Assembly: GCA_010015805.1 (NCBI GenBank) | Contig: ML978124.1 | Coordinates: 2,170,001-2,234,000, forward strand | Source of the DNA: Rhizodiscina lignyota | Lineage: Eukaryota | Reading direction: 5' to 3' | DNA length: 64,000 bases | In this document: in pieces, positions 49,229 to 62,645 of the stretch | Layout of the letters: each line of letters opens with the position of its first letter | Numbering within the stretch: the stretch's first letter is position 1 | Position numbers and translations under genes: made by a program | Notes under the pieces: model-generated | Databases searched by the model: none | What the model was told of the DNA's origin: nothing | The model's input: only the letters and a program-made list of their open reading frames with translations

Positions 49229-50923
49229 ATGGCTTCTTCAGCGACCGAGTCCACCCCGCTGCTTGGCTCAGAATCTCATCCTCAGGCTCCGCCAAAGCCT
49301 CAAAGAACGGTCACATTCAATCCGACAGTACAAACCAGCAGCGCTGGATCATCGTCCTCTTCTAAGAAACCCTCTGCGCAACTTCCGCTGATCCCTACAG
49401 CTCAGATCAATAGTTCCACTCCTGTCCTCTCGACCCTAAACTCCAAGCTCCGGCGACGACATTCGCAGGGCGCTCCAATACTACCCCCACTAACTGCTGC
49501 GAAGATCGGTCCACAGCGGACGACAAAGATTACACAGAAGCTCAAGCTTCTTCCAGATCCCGAGCAGGGAGAGGATGGGCCTGACGAGGAGTCCGGCAGG
49601 GACGTCTACGTCCAGTACACGCGGATCAAAGATCCTACGGCAAGAAGAGATGCAGCGAGACTTGGAAAGGAAGACAGGGAGAGGTTGCCGAGAGTGACTG
49701 CATACTGCACAGCTCAAAGTTACAAGATGGAGGACTTAATGAGGTACTTAAAGGGGAAGGGAAAGATGAGAGGTGCATTACCAAAGCTGTTCGACGAATG
49801 CGTATACACACCGTACAACTATGGAATGACGGTTGAGAAACACACTGGACATATGCAAAGAGAAGCAGCATCGAGTAGCCCACCGCCGCAGATGGTAGAA
49901 AGGAGATACTCTGACAGCGCGGTCGAGGTCGAAGGTGAAAGTCACCAGCGAAGAGAAGAGTTGATAGACCTCCACACGGACGGTGCCGGAGATATATCAA
50001 TGGACACTGGAGAGTCAGCAATGGTGGTACCGCAACATGGGCCTGAAGATGAGCACTTCTTGCAATCAAGAAGAGACTCAGTGGATTTTGACACGAGCGT
50101 ACACACACCCGAGGTCTTCCTGTTCAACTATGGCACGGTGGTCATCTGGGGCATGACACTGAAAGAGGAGCAAAGGTTTCTGAAAGAGATTGCCAAGTTC
50201 GAAACGGAGAAGCTGGCCAAAGACGACGTGCAGACGGAGGATTTCAACTTCTACTACACGCGAGAGTATCAGGCAAGGATCTACAATGATTTTATAAGCC
50301 TACGAGACAAACGGAACTACATGATCAAACTGGCGATCAGCCATGCACTGAGCCAGAGCGTCAAGGTAAGGCCGCTTCCATACTTCAACCAACAGTACTA
50401 TTTCCACCCAAAAGGTTGAGGCGCTAATGGTGTGTAGACCTCCCTCTACGAAGACCTCGTAGACAACACTATCGAGACAACGAAGGAGATTCCGACTCAG
50501 ATTGCGACCACTGGGAAGGTGAATCTCTCCAGACGAGAAATCAACATGCAGATTGGCGAGCTCTTCATCTTGAGAATCAACATCCATCTCCAAGGCTCAG
50601 TCCTCGACGCTCCTGAACTTATGTGGGCCGAACCACAACTTGAGCCAATATATGGCGCCGTGAGGAGCTATTTGGAGATGGATCAAAGGGTGAGCCTACT
50701 GACGGAGAGATTGGACGTTATTGCGGATCTGTTGGCTGTCCTTAAGGATCAACTGGCGCATACTCATGTAGGTGTCCCGTCCATTCAGTGTCGTTCATTT
50801 GTTGTATCGCTAATTTAGAACCAGGGCGAGTATCTTGAATGGATCGTCATCATCCTAATTGCAGCCGAGATCGTCGTTGCCGCAGTGAACATTGTGGTGG
50901 ATCTTTACGCAGGCGTGGACTAA
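49229..50923 (+). CDS. RMD1: RMD1/Sif2-family DUF155 protein; introns 50366-50437 and 50768-50824
   Basis: LPRVTAYCTA, VFLFNYGTVVIWG, RIYNDFISL, ISHALSQSVK, YLEMDQRV, LEWIVIILI. Confidence 0.88.
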
Positions 50924-51412
50924 ATTGAGACTTCCATTGAAGCTGCATTCACAAATGGGTGGTCTCGGTCATATTACAGGCGCAGCTGCATCATCCTCCG
51001 GCGAAGAACTGCACCAAAATTTCCAGCGAGGCGTTGTGCGTCTTTTGTTGCGGCGATCGTTGGGTTTTCACGGCGGCTTTTGCCTGTAGATACTTCAGTC
51101 TTGCGCGCGGAGCCGCTGTAGGCTCCTGTACAAATCTGACATTTTGAACGAGAGCATTAGCCATTCAAACGCCCGCACAGCAGTGCTGCCGTCGTACTTC
51201 GTCCGGATTTGTCAATCGGGGCTTTGTCCCCTGAAGGAAGCAGGGCAGCGCTAGCGCCACTTGGAGCTTTTGCATGCACCTCCGACAAAGTTGACGTCTG
51301 ACCGTTCCCAAAGATTACCCAGAGCTGAACAGGTCTCGAGTTTTTATATGCGCTGCATCATGAATGACAGCTTGCCCTGCTCTATTCGAATATCACAAAT
51401 GCGCCGGCACCC

Positions 51413-54400
51413 ATGAGCTGGAATTTACTCGAGCGCTTCATCGAGTCGGACCACTTCAACAACGACCCGTCCCTCTCGGTAGCGTACCTCTCGTATGTTC
51501 CGTGTCCCATCACCACGCGTGAAAATCGATTTTAGACATGCGTAGAGAGTCACGGAAGAATTCAGACTGATTTGGATTGTGCAGTCGTTATGCGGATCAC
51601 GTCGGGATCCACTATGTGCTTTGCACAAAGCTTAGGCAGTTCGCGTACGAGGAGATTGAATTCTTCCTCCCGCAGTAAGTTCCACGAGAGGCCACTAGAT
51701 TGTCGTGTCACTGACACTCCTAGGCTATGTCACCTCCTCATAAGCGTCGACAATGAGTCTATGGCACTGGAGGAATTCATCATTGATCTATGTGAGGAAT
51801 CTGTGAACGGCGCCCTGCTGGTAAGCTGAGCTACAGGACCTGGTTGAGACCGCTCCTTTCATCTGCTCTATAGCTAAATGATGTCTTCGTGTATAGACTT
51901 TCTGGCTCTTCCAAACCTACCTCCATGACCTCTCCTCGAACCCACTGTCGCCTGCGTTTACGACCTGCCGAAGAATATACAATAAAGTGCAGCGCATAGT
52001 ATTCGGTGCATCGGACGCTCCGCGTAGAGAGCGGATCAAGGAGAATGTCCTGCCTGTCACCCTTCTATCAAGCTTAGTTCTCGCAGCTGTCGCTACGCCA
52101 TGGCTTCCTGCACATGCCGGACCGCTCGCAGTAGCGCAGTCTCGACGGCCGAGACCAGCGGAAGATGTAATATCAGACGCGGGTGAAGCACAGAAGGTCG
52201 GTGTGCAGAGGAGCCATACGACTGGAGGTGGGAGCGCAAGGAGGCACACTACCGCCAAAGGAGAAGGAAGAGGGAAGCACGATGGCACAGACATGGAAGA
52301 ACGCAAGAGCCGGCGGAAAACACTGGCAGCAAAGTCATACGAAGAGATGCCAACGGGAGAAAAGCCGAAGCAGGCATCTTCTGGAACGAAAGCAAAAGCC
52401 ATACCCGGCCACAGGCCGTCGATGCTCGATGTCCAGCGAGCGGAAGCGCGCCTGAGCTCTTCATCGCTTCCCGACTTCCGGAGTGCAAACCCGACTGCTA
52501 TACCAACTCCTCCAGCGACGGCTACACCGTCACCTCAAGTGCGGACATTGCGACGTCGTCATTCTCATGCCCTTCGTCCTCTTACGCCGACCGTTCTGTC
52601 ACGGACACAGAAGATTCGGATGCTGAGAGCCAATTACTTTCGCAGCGAGACTCAATTCCTTACTGCTCTGGAAGATATCTCCAATCGTCTGGTCATTGTT
52701 CCAAAACCAGCCCGGTTAAGTGCACTGAGAGCGGAACTCGCACTCATCGCTCAGGATCTACCTGCTGAAGTCGATATTCCAGTCATATGTCCCGCTGTTT
52801 TAGAAGACGGCTCGGCAGCTCGAAGCAAGCACCATCGAATTGTCAGGATCAATCCAGCCGAAGCGACAAGCCTCAACAGTGCTGAACGCGTGCCGTACTT
52901 GCTTATGCTCGAAGTGCTAAGAGAGGACTTTGACTTTGATCCCGACAGCGACACCAACCAAGACCTACTTTCAAAGCTCATGTCGGAGAAGGGCGCGCAG
53001 AAGCGGCGTCTATTTGATATAACAGAGGCGTCACGAGAAGAAATCCAGGCGCAAACGCCTGTGGACACCGGACCAGATAGCGTTTTCGAACCTGCCAATG
53101 GAGATCTTGGCAGCTCTCAACTGTTAATTGAGGATTTTGCAGAGCAGCGCGATGGCCCTCCTAAACGTTCTAAGTCACCTTTGGAGGGGATAAACAACGC
53201 TCATGCTCGACCACCAGCACCGCGGTCGTCTAGTGGTGCCAATACCGCCATATCGTCTCGCACTGCCATGTCTACACCACGCACATCCGACATGGACAAC
53301 AGTCGATCCAACAGCCCCAGTCGAAGGAAACTGACGATCAACAGCAAGTCATCTCTCGCTGACCAGTCAGATGTGTCAGCGCTAGCAACACACATGCGCA
53401 CTGCAGCTCAGATGCTTGCCCAGCTCGAAACGTCTGGCGCCAAAAGACCCAAGCCGGAGGTTGCTGCAATCAAAGCCAAGATCATTGCTAGCATGCAGAC
53501 ACTCGAGGAACAGAGCTTTCTTGCTGGAGGCGAAGGTCCCGGTTTCGACAGCCTCATCGGCAACGCATCTGCGCTCGCCGCCACCGCGGAGGAAGAAGAG
53601 TTCGAAGACGGCATGGACGGTGCTCCAGATCCCGGATCCTCATCTGGCGCCGGCGCTGCTCGAATGGAGAACGACCAAGCGACTGGTGGCGTCATGCGCC
53701 GTGGCGACCGCGACGACCCCAGTGCAGCGACCTTTGGCGAGGAGTGGAACGTTAAGAAAGAGCGCATCAGACGCTCGAGTCCGTACGGGTGGATGAAGAA
53801 CTGGGACCTCGTCAGCGTGATTGTCAAGACGGGCGCAGATCTACGACAGGAGGCGTTCGCATGCCAGCTCATTCAGGTGTGCAGCAAGGTCTGGGAAGCC
53901 GCGGGAACAGATGTGTGGATTAAGAACATGCGCATCCTCGTCACAGGCGAGAGTTCGGGACTTATTGAGACCATCACGAATGGCGTGAGTTTGCACTCGC
54001 TGAAGCGCAGTCTCACCTTGGCTAGTATTGCTGCGGGGACGAACCCACGCAAGCGGATTGCTAGTCTGAAGGACCACTTCCTGCGCGCTTTTGGCGAGGA
54101 GGGCACAGAGGCGTACGATAGGGGCGTCGACGCGTTTGTGAGGAGTCTCGCAGCATACAGCATGGTCTCCTACATTCTGCAGCTGAAAGACCGGCATAAT
54201 GGCAATATCCTCATCGATAATGCCGGGCATGTCGTGCATATCGACTTTGGCTTCATGCTGTCCAACTCCCCGGGAAACATGGGCTTTGAGGCGGCGCCGT
54301 TCAAGCTCACGCACGAGTACGTCGAGGTAATGGGGGGCACGGGCGGCGCCGCGTTTGATCAGTTCAAGCAGCTGTGCAAGGAGGCATTTCTAGCGCTAAG

Positions 54401-54695
54401 GAAGGAGAGCGAGCGGATTGTTACCTTGGTGGAACTGATGGGCAAGGAGAGCAAGATGCCTTGCTTTGCGGTGGGCGTCGCGAGCGTGGTTGCGCAGTTG
54501 AGGGCGAGATTTGTGCCTGGGCTGAGTAGGGAGGAGGTGGATGGGTTCGTGGACGAGTTGGTTCAGAAGAGCGTTGGGAGCTATTACACGAGGCTGTGAG
54601 TATCCCTACGATGTCTCGAGCAATTCTTGGACACAAAGCTAACTGCACCACACAGATATGATACTTTCCAGTACCGCACCCAAGGTATATACTGA
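51413..54695 (+). CDS. PIK1: Phosphatidylinositol 4-kinase (type III beta)
   Basis: MSWNLLERFIES..., EEIEFFLPQ, LNSAERVPYLL, VIVKTGADLRQEAFA, QLKDRHNGN, HIDFGF, last exon YDTFQYRTQGIY*. Confidence 0.95.
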
Positions 54696-55013
54696 GAGGC
54701 CGCACTAATGTAGACCCGATGTCACCACTATTTTGGATGCATCATAAGGCGTTTTGGTGGTAGGATCTGCCGCAAGTAGCCAGCCCGTGGGGAGTCCATA
54801 ACAATCCACTTGGAATGCAGATAGAGGAGTTTGGCGTTGCATGATCGTCAATGTGCTATAATGGTAGAAGGATCATTCACGAGCACTAAAGCTGCATGTA
54901 TTTCACAAAGGGTATATTGATCTCTGTAAGGACAGGGGAACTAGCTCTTCGGTAAATCGGATTTTCTGGTGTATGTTGGCAACAATTCCGCTCCTGACTA
55001 ATTGACGATGGAT

Positions 55014-56165
55014 TCAGAGTCGGCTGTGAGTCCGCAATTGCGGCCGATCTGTCTCATACTCTCTGCGTTCGCGGATGACCTGTTTAGCCGTGGATTAGCT
55101 CAAGAAATGTGGGAGGTAGTGTGTGCCGCATACCGTTCTGTTGTCACGCCCACGTCCTTCTGTGTAGACACTCCTCTCGCGGATGACTTCTTCGTCTCTG
55201 TCCCGATCGCGAACGTCCCAATCGTAAACACGCTTCTGGCGGTGTACGGTTCTGTTGTCGGGCTCATCAAAGTCGTACGCCCTGCGTTGTCGATAGTATG
55301 CAGCGTCGACTTCCCCGCCGCGCGAGCGTGCTGTTTCCCTCCTGGGACCATCTCCTCCGGCGTATCCATAATTGTCACCTTCTCTCTCCTGGTCGACCAT
55401 GGTGATCCTGTCCTCCCGTCCCTCCACAAAAGCTCGATCCCTCTCACCGCGGTCGTCAACGACGGTCCGGCTCCTCCTCACATCGACGAAATCTCTATCG
55501 CGCTCGTCGACAAACTCAGTTCTCCTGTCTCGCTCATCGAAGAACTCTGTCCTTCCGCTGTCCCGCCTGTCGAACTCGCCTCTGCCACCCCTTTCGTCAA
55601 ATACCTCCTTTTCAACATCAATCCTCACCCTCTTCTCCCCACCTCTCCCCTCCTTCCCCTGCTCAGAGCAGCAAGCCAACGGTTCAAACTGCGACAAAAA
55701 CTCCAAAACAGCCAACAAGCTCTGATGCGCCGCCGCCAGCTCCATCCTCCTATTCACCAGCTTCTCATACTCATCCAGCAACCACCACATCCTGTGCCTC
55801 AAGCCCACATGCGCGCCCCCAAACCAGCCCCACTTCCGCCTCTCCAAGTCGCCCTCCACGCGCCGCGTGTACTTGCTCATCTCCTCCATCACCCCGTGCA
55901 CGCGTGACATCGTCTCCTGGATCCAGCGCACCTTGTCCGCGTTGGTGGCCAGTGCTTCTTTCACCTCGCGCAGATGCAGCAGGCGCTCCGTCTCGCGCAG
56001 GTCGGCGCGCACGTTGGCGAGGATGCGCAGGAAGACGGCGTTCTCGCTGCCCACGTCGTGCAGCTTCTTCGCGCGCGTCAGGAACTCGGCGAACTTGTAC
56101 GTGCCTCCGACGATGCCGGCCATGGCGCCGAGGCCGATGACCGTTGCTGCCTCGCCTTTGGCCAT
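55014..56165 (-). CDS. Hypothetical protein: HeLo-like helical N-terminus, R/D/E-rich repeats, C-terminal SRL; intron 55080-55133
   Basis: High-GC 356-aa ORF plus canonical GTATGC...GCTAAT...CAG intron giving final exon VIRERREYETDRPQLRTHSRL*. Confidence 0.75.
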
Positions 56166-56903
56166 TGTGTTGCTTTAGAGAGTTGTTTGTAGAGGTTGAG
56201 GACGGAGGAGTTGGTAGGGGAGTTTGCTCGAGCTGATCGGATGAGTTGGCGTACAGGGGCCAGGGAGGTAGGTGGTGCAGCTGAAGAGGTGTCAATCGTG
56301 TCGCATGCTGCGCAGGTTGAATTGAAGAGAGGGACGAGATAGAACGGGAGCAGTGAAATGTGGTATGTGAGGCTCCGCTCGCCTACATCGCGGTGGGTGG
56401 GTGGAAGTAGGAGGCTGGGAGGAAATGAGGAGGTGCTTGTTTACAGCTGGGCGCTGCATGGGTAGCTGAGCTAGCTGGCCTGGCTGTCTGCCGCGCGCTG
56501 ATTGGCTGGCCCCAAGTCAGCCCGACTCTTATCCGCCTCTTAGGAGAGACGGCCGCCGACAACCATCCACTTTCGGTAGTTGTGATGTATAACCTACTCG
56601 TCGTCATTATAGTTAAGCCTCTATCGCCGATCCGATCGCTTTGGCCTGCATTTGGCCTGAGGACTGATTTGTCGTGCATGCTAATTCCTTCCCGGTAGCG
56701 GCTGGATGGCTCGGAAGCGGAACGCCTTTCCAATGAGGAGTGCATCACATCACACCTCCAGGGCCGATGTGCCGAGTATGCGACCACGGGAACGAAGCTA
56801 GTCCCCCGAAATCTAGGCAGGCGGCCGCTTTCTTCTATTTCCTGTAGTGCCTATTTGTTCTTTAAGCTATCTGTCTTGTTTCACGCAATATGCTCTAGAA
56901 AAA

Positions 56904-58957
56904 ATGCTCTTGAAAGAGTCTCGAATGGGCGTGTTCAGCTCCGTCTTTGCCTTCCGTCTCTCCTTGCCAACTAATCAAGACCGAGGCAGCCAAGCATCCC
57001 GCCACGCCAGCTCCGTCGCAGAGATCGTGTCCTTGATTCTGGAATACCGATGGGCGGCGTACAGATCCCAGCTCTATGAGCCGGCGTGGGAGCTTGGGCT
57101 AGACTATCCCACTCAATATGATGGAGAAGTCATTTCAAAGACTCGGTATCAGGACTCATTTCTGGACTCGATACTCGTGAGCAGAATCTGGGCAGAGGAA
57201 GGCCTGAGGATCCTCTGGAGAGAAAATGCTCGTATCTGTACAGAGGTACAGCGCCACGCCAAAGGCCCGAATTACCTGGCAATAACACCGGAGAGACGGC
57301 AACTTTATGCCCCCAAGCTGCAGTCCTTGCACCTTGACCTACATCACCTGGGGTTTCAAAGCCATGACGAACCAAAGGAAATCGAAGCCGCTCTTTCCAG
57401 GAGCTTTCCCGCATTGCAGGAGCTTTATGTACACGTGAACAGCGGCCTTGCGAAGTCTGCCAAGGAATTGGAGATTCTAACTATGCAAGTATTAGGACAA
57501 AAGGTTACAAAATTGAAGCTACTGGAAAACATGCCTGGATTTACCGTTGATGGAAACTTACCTCCCATGTATCTGAAAAGAATTCAGGTATGAAGTTGAA
57601 CGATCCAAGCCAATCATTCCATTTTTAGGCCTTTCCTTTTCAGTATACTTGAGAAATAACGTATCGTCTCCAGCCCTACCTTACCAACCTCACATCCCTG
57701 GACGTATCCAGGCTCCTCCCTTCATACGTGAAAGAATTCCGAACGTTCATCGAACAGACACCGTCAATCACCGAACTCCACATCAAATGTCACCAATACC
57801 GCACCATACTCAGCTCATATTCATCCAACTTCCCTTCAGGCGAAGAAGTCCTCACCGAACAAATAAACAACCTCCTCCGCCATCTCATGTACCGTCCGAA
57901 CCTCAAATCTCTCTCCCTCGCCATGCTCCCCAACGATCGCCGCCCCGACGGCTGGGAGCAGCCGACCATCCCTCTGAACCCCGAATTACTCATTATCGAC
58001 GACACCACACAATCTCCCTTCCCAAAACTGCAAAATCTCGTCTTATGCGGCGACCCCCTCGACATCGCAAGCTTCTGCTCCACCACTCCCAACCTCCGCA
58101 GTCTGCACATCCCATACTTCCGCTCCAGCCGCAACAACACCACCCATCTGGACATCTATCTCGGTGACATCCTCGACAAGGTGTCTTCCGCATATCACCT
58201 AGAATCCCTCACAATCGACTACAACATATGGGACCCCCAAACTCCCCGTGCCCTCACCGGCTCCAGCCTCGTGCATCTCGCGCGCAACTGCCCCAGCCTG
58301 CGGCACTTACATCTCGCGCCGGGAGACGAGCAAATCTTCGCTCCGGATCTGTGCGACTCAGACATCGAGGTCTTTAGCCAGCTAGTGCCGAATCTGGAGA
58401 CGCTGTCATTAGGCCTAGATCCCGAGGTGCTGCCTTCCTTATCGACGAAAGCGTTTCTATCGTTAGGACGAAATTGCCCGCGCCTGACATCCCTACGCAT
58501 TAAAGCGAACTTCGACATGTCGACTCTCTCCTTAACAGAGGCTCCAATCTTCCCTGCCCTCCAGACACTCGGCGTCTTTTCGTTCTCGTGCAATCCAGAA
58601 CCACAAGTCAACCTGACGCGGGCACAGCAGTTCCTCAAAACCCTTCGACATCACTTCCCGCGCTTGATACAAGTCCAGCTTTGGGCAGAGCAGCAAGCCG
58701 GTGCGTCAGCAGTGCGGGTATACAAGCCGCCATGGAACAGGCTCGCGGAGGATTTGTTTGAGAACGGTGTGGAGCGGAGGGAGAAGCTGGTGCGCGAGAG
58801 GCTAGAGACATTACAGCGGCAGCGGAGAGTGAGGGAGGAAAGGGAACGGGCGGTGCAGCAGCCGAAGAAAAAGTTTGGCATTGTCCGGCGTTCTACTGCA
58901 TCACTGAGACTTTGGCGGTCCAACTCACAAAGCATTAATAGTGTGAAGAGTAGCTAG
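56904..58957 (+). CDS. F-box-like / RNI-like leucine-rich repeat protein; intron 57588-57673
   Basis: VAEIVSLILEY F-box-like segment; repeats FPALQEL, PNLKSLSL, FPKLQNL, CPSLRHLHL, PNLETLSL, CPRLTSLRI; splice keeps frame. Confidence 0.72.
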
Positions 58958-59417
58958 TTTTTTTGGTGGTATAAAACCTTTTATTTTTGTTATTGTACAA
59001 ACTTTTTTATTGTTACAAAGCTATTCAGTGATTCGTGAAAAGAAGTAGGAAAAAGGAAAGAAAAGAGTGAACCGGGTCGGTTCGTTTTCGTGATGTTCCT
59101 CCGATGAAGTGCCCTCGATGTTCAAATGGAAAGGTCGAGCTTTCCCGAACGTTGGCACGTAGTATCCAGACCGGACTGCTCGTGCCCATTTGGGACAGGA
59201 GATCCAGAAGCAAGCTCGACTAAGCAAAGACAAGTGGTCGTCGTCGAGGTCGTATGAGAATCGAAAGGTCAAAAAGTCAAAGAGGCAAAAAGAAAAGGAA
59301 AAAGAAAAGAAATCCGGTCAATCTGTTTCATCCTCAATCGCTCCCCTGTTCGTGAGTCTGTCGTTAATCTTGGCATTTCGCAATGCAGTACTCAATCCGC
59401 CAACCGCCAACCGCAAT

Positions 59418-62400
59418 TTACTGACTGAGGCAACCTTCCTTCCCATCCTCCTTTGCAGATGGATCGCCCTTCTTTGGCGAATCGCGCTTCGTTGATGAAT
59501 CGCGCTTCTTTGACGAATCACGCTTCTTTGGAGACAGGCCGCGCTTCTTCGGGGTTTCCTTCTCCTCTGTCTTGTCACGCTTCTTGGTATCACACTCCTT
59601 GGTTGCGACATTCTGAGCTTCTGGCTGCGCCTGCTCCTCTTCCATAGTGGAGCCTCCGTTGGTGTTGGAGGAGGGTATGACGGGAACCATAGCACTACCC
59701 TGTGAGATCCTGTCGTCCTCGACGGGCTTCTCCTCGACAAGCTCGTCCTTGGTACTCTTATCTTTCTCGACGTTCGTATCGTCGGCGCACTTGTACTCCT
59801 CGATGGATTTGTTTACCGCGCCTGCGGTTCTCGTAGCTGAACCCTCGCCAGTACCTGGGGATACTGGATGTGGAGTCTGCTTGTTGACCACAGCCTTCCG
59901 GTGAGAAAGAAGGGCTTCAACCGCTGTCTCTTTCTCAGCCTCATCGCGCACCGCGCGAGCGCTTTCGCTATCATCAGAGTAGGAGACAATGGTCCTGAGC
60001 GGACTCGGCGGAGGTCGGCTGGGCGGAGTTCGGCTGCGAAATCTAATAGGATAACCGAAGTACGCTGTCTCCTCCTGATCTGAGTGCACGTGCGGGCTTA
60101 TTCGCTCGACTTTATCGGACTCGCCGTGGCCATCATTCTGAGTGATTAGATCTCCAGAAGCGTTGTTGCTGCTGCCATCCTCCTCTTGACTGGTTCGAGC
60201 TTCGGTGTCAAACGCTTTTTCCTCTTCTGTTTCAACAACTGGAGTCAGCACGCTGGGAGCTGCTGCATGCATAGAAGTCTCCGAAGGACTTGTGTCGCCG
60301 CGCTCATGCGCAAACAGTGGAGCATGTTCGGATTCGGCGCTGTTGTCCTCATCGCCGGCTTGGTCTGATGGTCCGGACTCGGCGTCGTCGTTATTGTGAC
60401 TTGGAAATTCGAAGTTGTCCACCTCATTGTAGGAGTAGCGACGGGGCTGGAGCTGAATGATCTCCTCAGCGCCAGCATGGGTACTGCCACTTGCCTGGGT
60501 CTGTGTGTCCTCGTTGGTAGTGAACATGTCACTTTCACGTGGCAGAGCGTAGAACATGGGGAAGTCACCAAAAACATCGTCGGTGTTGCCAGCGCTCTTT
60601 GATGCCTTTGCGTGTCGCTCTGCAAAGTCTCTGATGATCACGTCGCCCTCCAACCCAAACGTGGAAGTTCGTCGTAGGGGATGCAATTCTGCTAGAGCTT
60701 CTTGAACTTCAACACTGCTCACGCTTCGACCGAACTTGTGCTCCAGTAGTTCCACCGCATGCCTGACCTTTGCAGGAGACTTCACTCCACGTTCAGCCGC
60801 CTTGATCTGCTCTTGTAAAAATTTGATCCCCTTGTGTAATTCTTCGTCGTTTACCACGTCGGACGTCACCGCTGCGTCCTGAGTCTCATCCTCGGAGACT
60901 GCCGTCGACGATTCATCGTCCAGTTTGCCCTCTGGATGCTCGAAGTCTTGTGTCTCATCGCTAGATTCGTCTTGACCATCTCCGAGCTGACCACTCTCGG
61001 AAGGAGTTTCTGGTAATTCCGGGACGGGAGTCAGAGCAGGGGTATAGGTGCTCGTAGAGACTGATGAGACAGAAGAAGCACGAGGAGTAGAGTGGAGGTC
61101 TTCGTCATCAGGGCTGACGATAGAATCGAAGTTGCGGAAATCCTCATTTTCCATAACTTCATCCGAGTTATCCTTATCCTGATCAGATTTCGCAACATCT
61201 TCCTCATCGTCCAGATTGTCAGTGACGTGAGTGCCAACATGACCGGAGGTTGCTTGGATTGCTGCAATTTGATCCTTATCATGAATCGGGGAACCGGTGG
61301 CGACAACCGAGTCCTTAGGACGCTGAAACTCCTCGCTCTGAGATCCTGGGGTTGTGTTTGGGGATGATTGAACCGAAAGGGACCGGCGAACGGACGGGGC
61401 TGCCCTCACTCTCATTTTCTTGCACCAGTTACGTCGGACCTGCTCATCGCCCATGTAGGAGTGCCACCAAGTAGGTTGTTTATGCGTGGTACGGCATTTC
61501 TTATCCCATGTCTTCCGAAGTCCACCATACCAGTATGTTTTGTCGACGTCTTTTGAGGTCGTCCGCTCTATGCAGTCAAGGCACAATCCATCAAAGAGGC
61601 AGTGAGCCATGTTGCGAATTTTCTCGATCACTTGCTTGAAGTCCTTCGAGCAAGAAGGGCAAGACTGGTGGGGAGAAACGTAGTTGAACTGAGCAAGTTT
61701 CTGAATCACCACTCTGCTGCCGATGTGTTCAAGAGCTTGATCCATCGGCCAGATATTCAAGTCACGTAAGGCTTTCTGGATGTGCGTGAATGTGTCTGGC
61801 GCGCACTCGCACGTGGTTTTGTCTAGAAGTGGAAGGAGAATATCTGCCCAGATGAGGTCGCAAAGGTCATGGCGGATCCTGTCGCGGGCCTCATTCAGGT
61901 TCTCTGTTCAAGCTCACATCAGAGTAACAGTATCAAGCCGTGCAACTCAGCACAGAGCTGCAGACTTACTAATGATGCGTTCAGGCACACCAAGATTTTG
62001 AAGATGCGGGAAACGATTTGAGATAGGGTTGATGTCGATGATGGGTGCAGTCGCAACGTATGCGAGATAACCAGTGAGACGCTGAAAGCCATCGGCATTG
62101 TCGAAGGCCCAACACGGGAACAGAAGCTTGCTGGCGCTCGCCACATTGATGGTGATTACCTTTCGATCGAAGCATTCGTCGAACCACTTGGCCAGCGAAG
62201 GATGGCGTGTGTCCACATCCAGCTCTTTGGCAGCCCAAAACAGATGCCACATCTCCTCGAGCTGTACGTTATACGTATACTCTTCGACGACACCATGGAG
62301 CGCTCTCATGATGATCTCTACACTCTTGAAGCTCAGATCGTCAACCCATATAGTGGGTAGCTCGGAATCACCGTCCAAGGTTGACAACTGTTTGGCAATC

Positions 62401-62645
62401 CATGGCGAGTACGGTGCGATCTTCGAGGAGGACACCTTGAACTCTATGACGCTGTGAATGTTGTGCGCGCCTGGTACAACCCTTTCAGGGTCTGCCAGAT
62501 GCTTCACAACTTGCAAGATGAAGTCTGCATTTTTGCAAATGACGACACGGCGCGTCGAGTAGCTCACAGGCACGTCTTCAGACGCCTGTGTTGAGCTACT
62601 CGGCGTAGTCATCTTGAAAACGGAGCTGATCTTTTTATTAGACAT
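59418..62645 (-). CDS. Fungal BTB/POZ-like protein with long acidic disordered C-terminus; intron 61904-61969
   Basis: ADFILQV..EFKVSS..SPW..VEIIMRALHG..EMWHL..LLFPCWAFD and GLCLDC motifs; splice joins the 232-aa and 780-aa ORFs in frame. Confidence 0.7.
59462..59552 (-). repeat. Coding 18-bp tandem repeat (KKRDSS-like hexapeptide, about 5 units)
   Basis: PKKRGLS PKKRDS SKKRDS STKRDS PKKGDP; DNA units such as atcgcgcttctttgacga. Confidence 0.8.

Noticed and set aside
55200..55640. R/D/E repeats as the RiPP precursor for the DUF3328 enzyme
   Set aside because: No classical signal peptide, no regular KR-delimited cores, and a C-terminal PTS1 instead
55002..55907. 301-aa plus-strand hydrophobic/Pro-rich ORF
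   Set aside because: Antisense mirror of the R/D/E-rich gene; composition follows from complementarity
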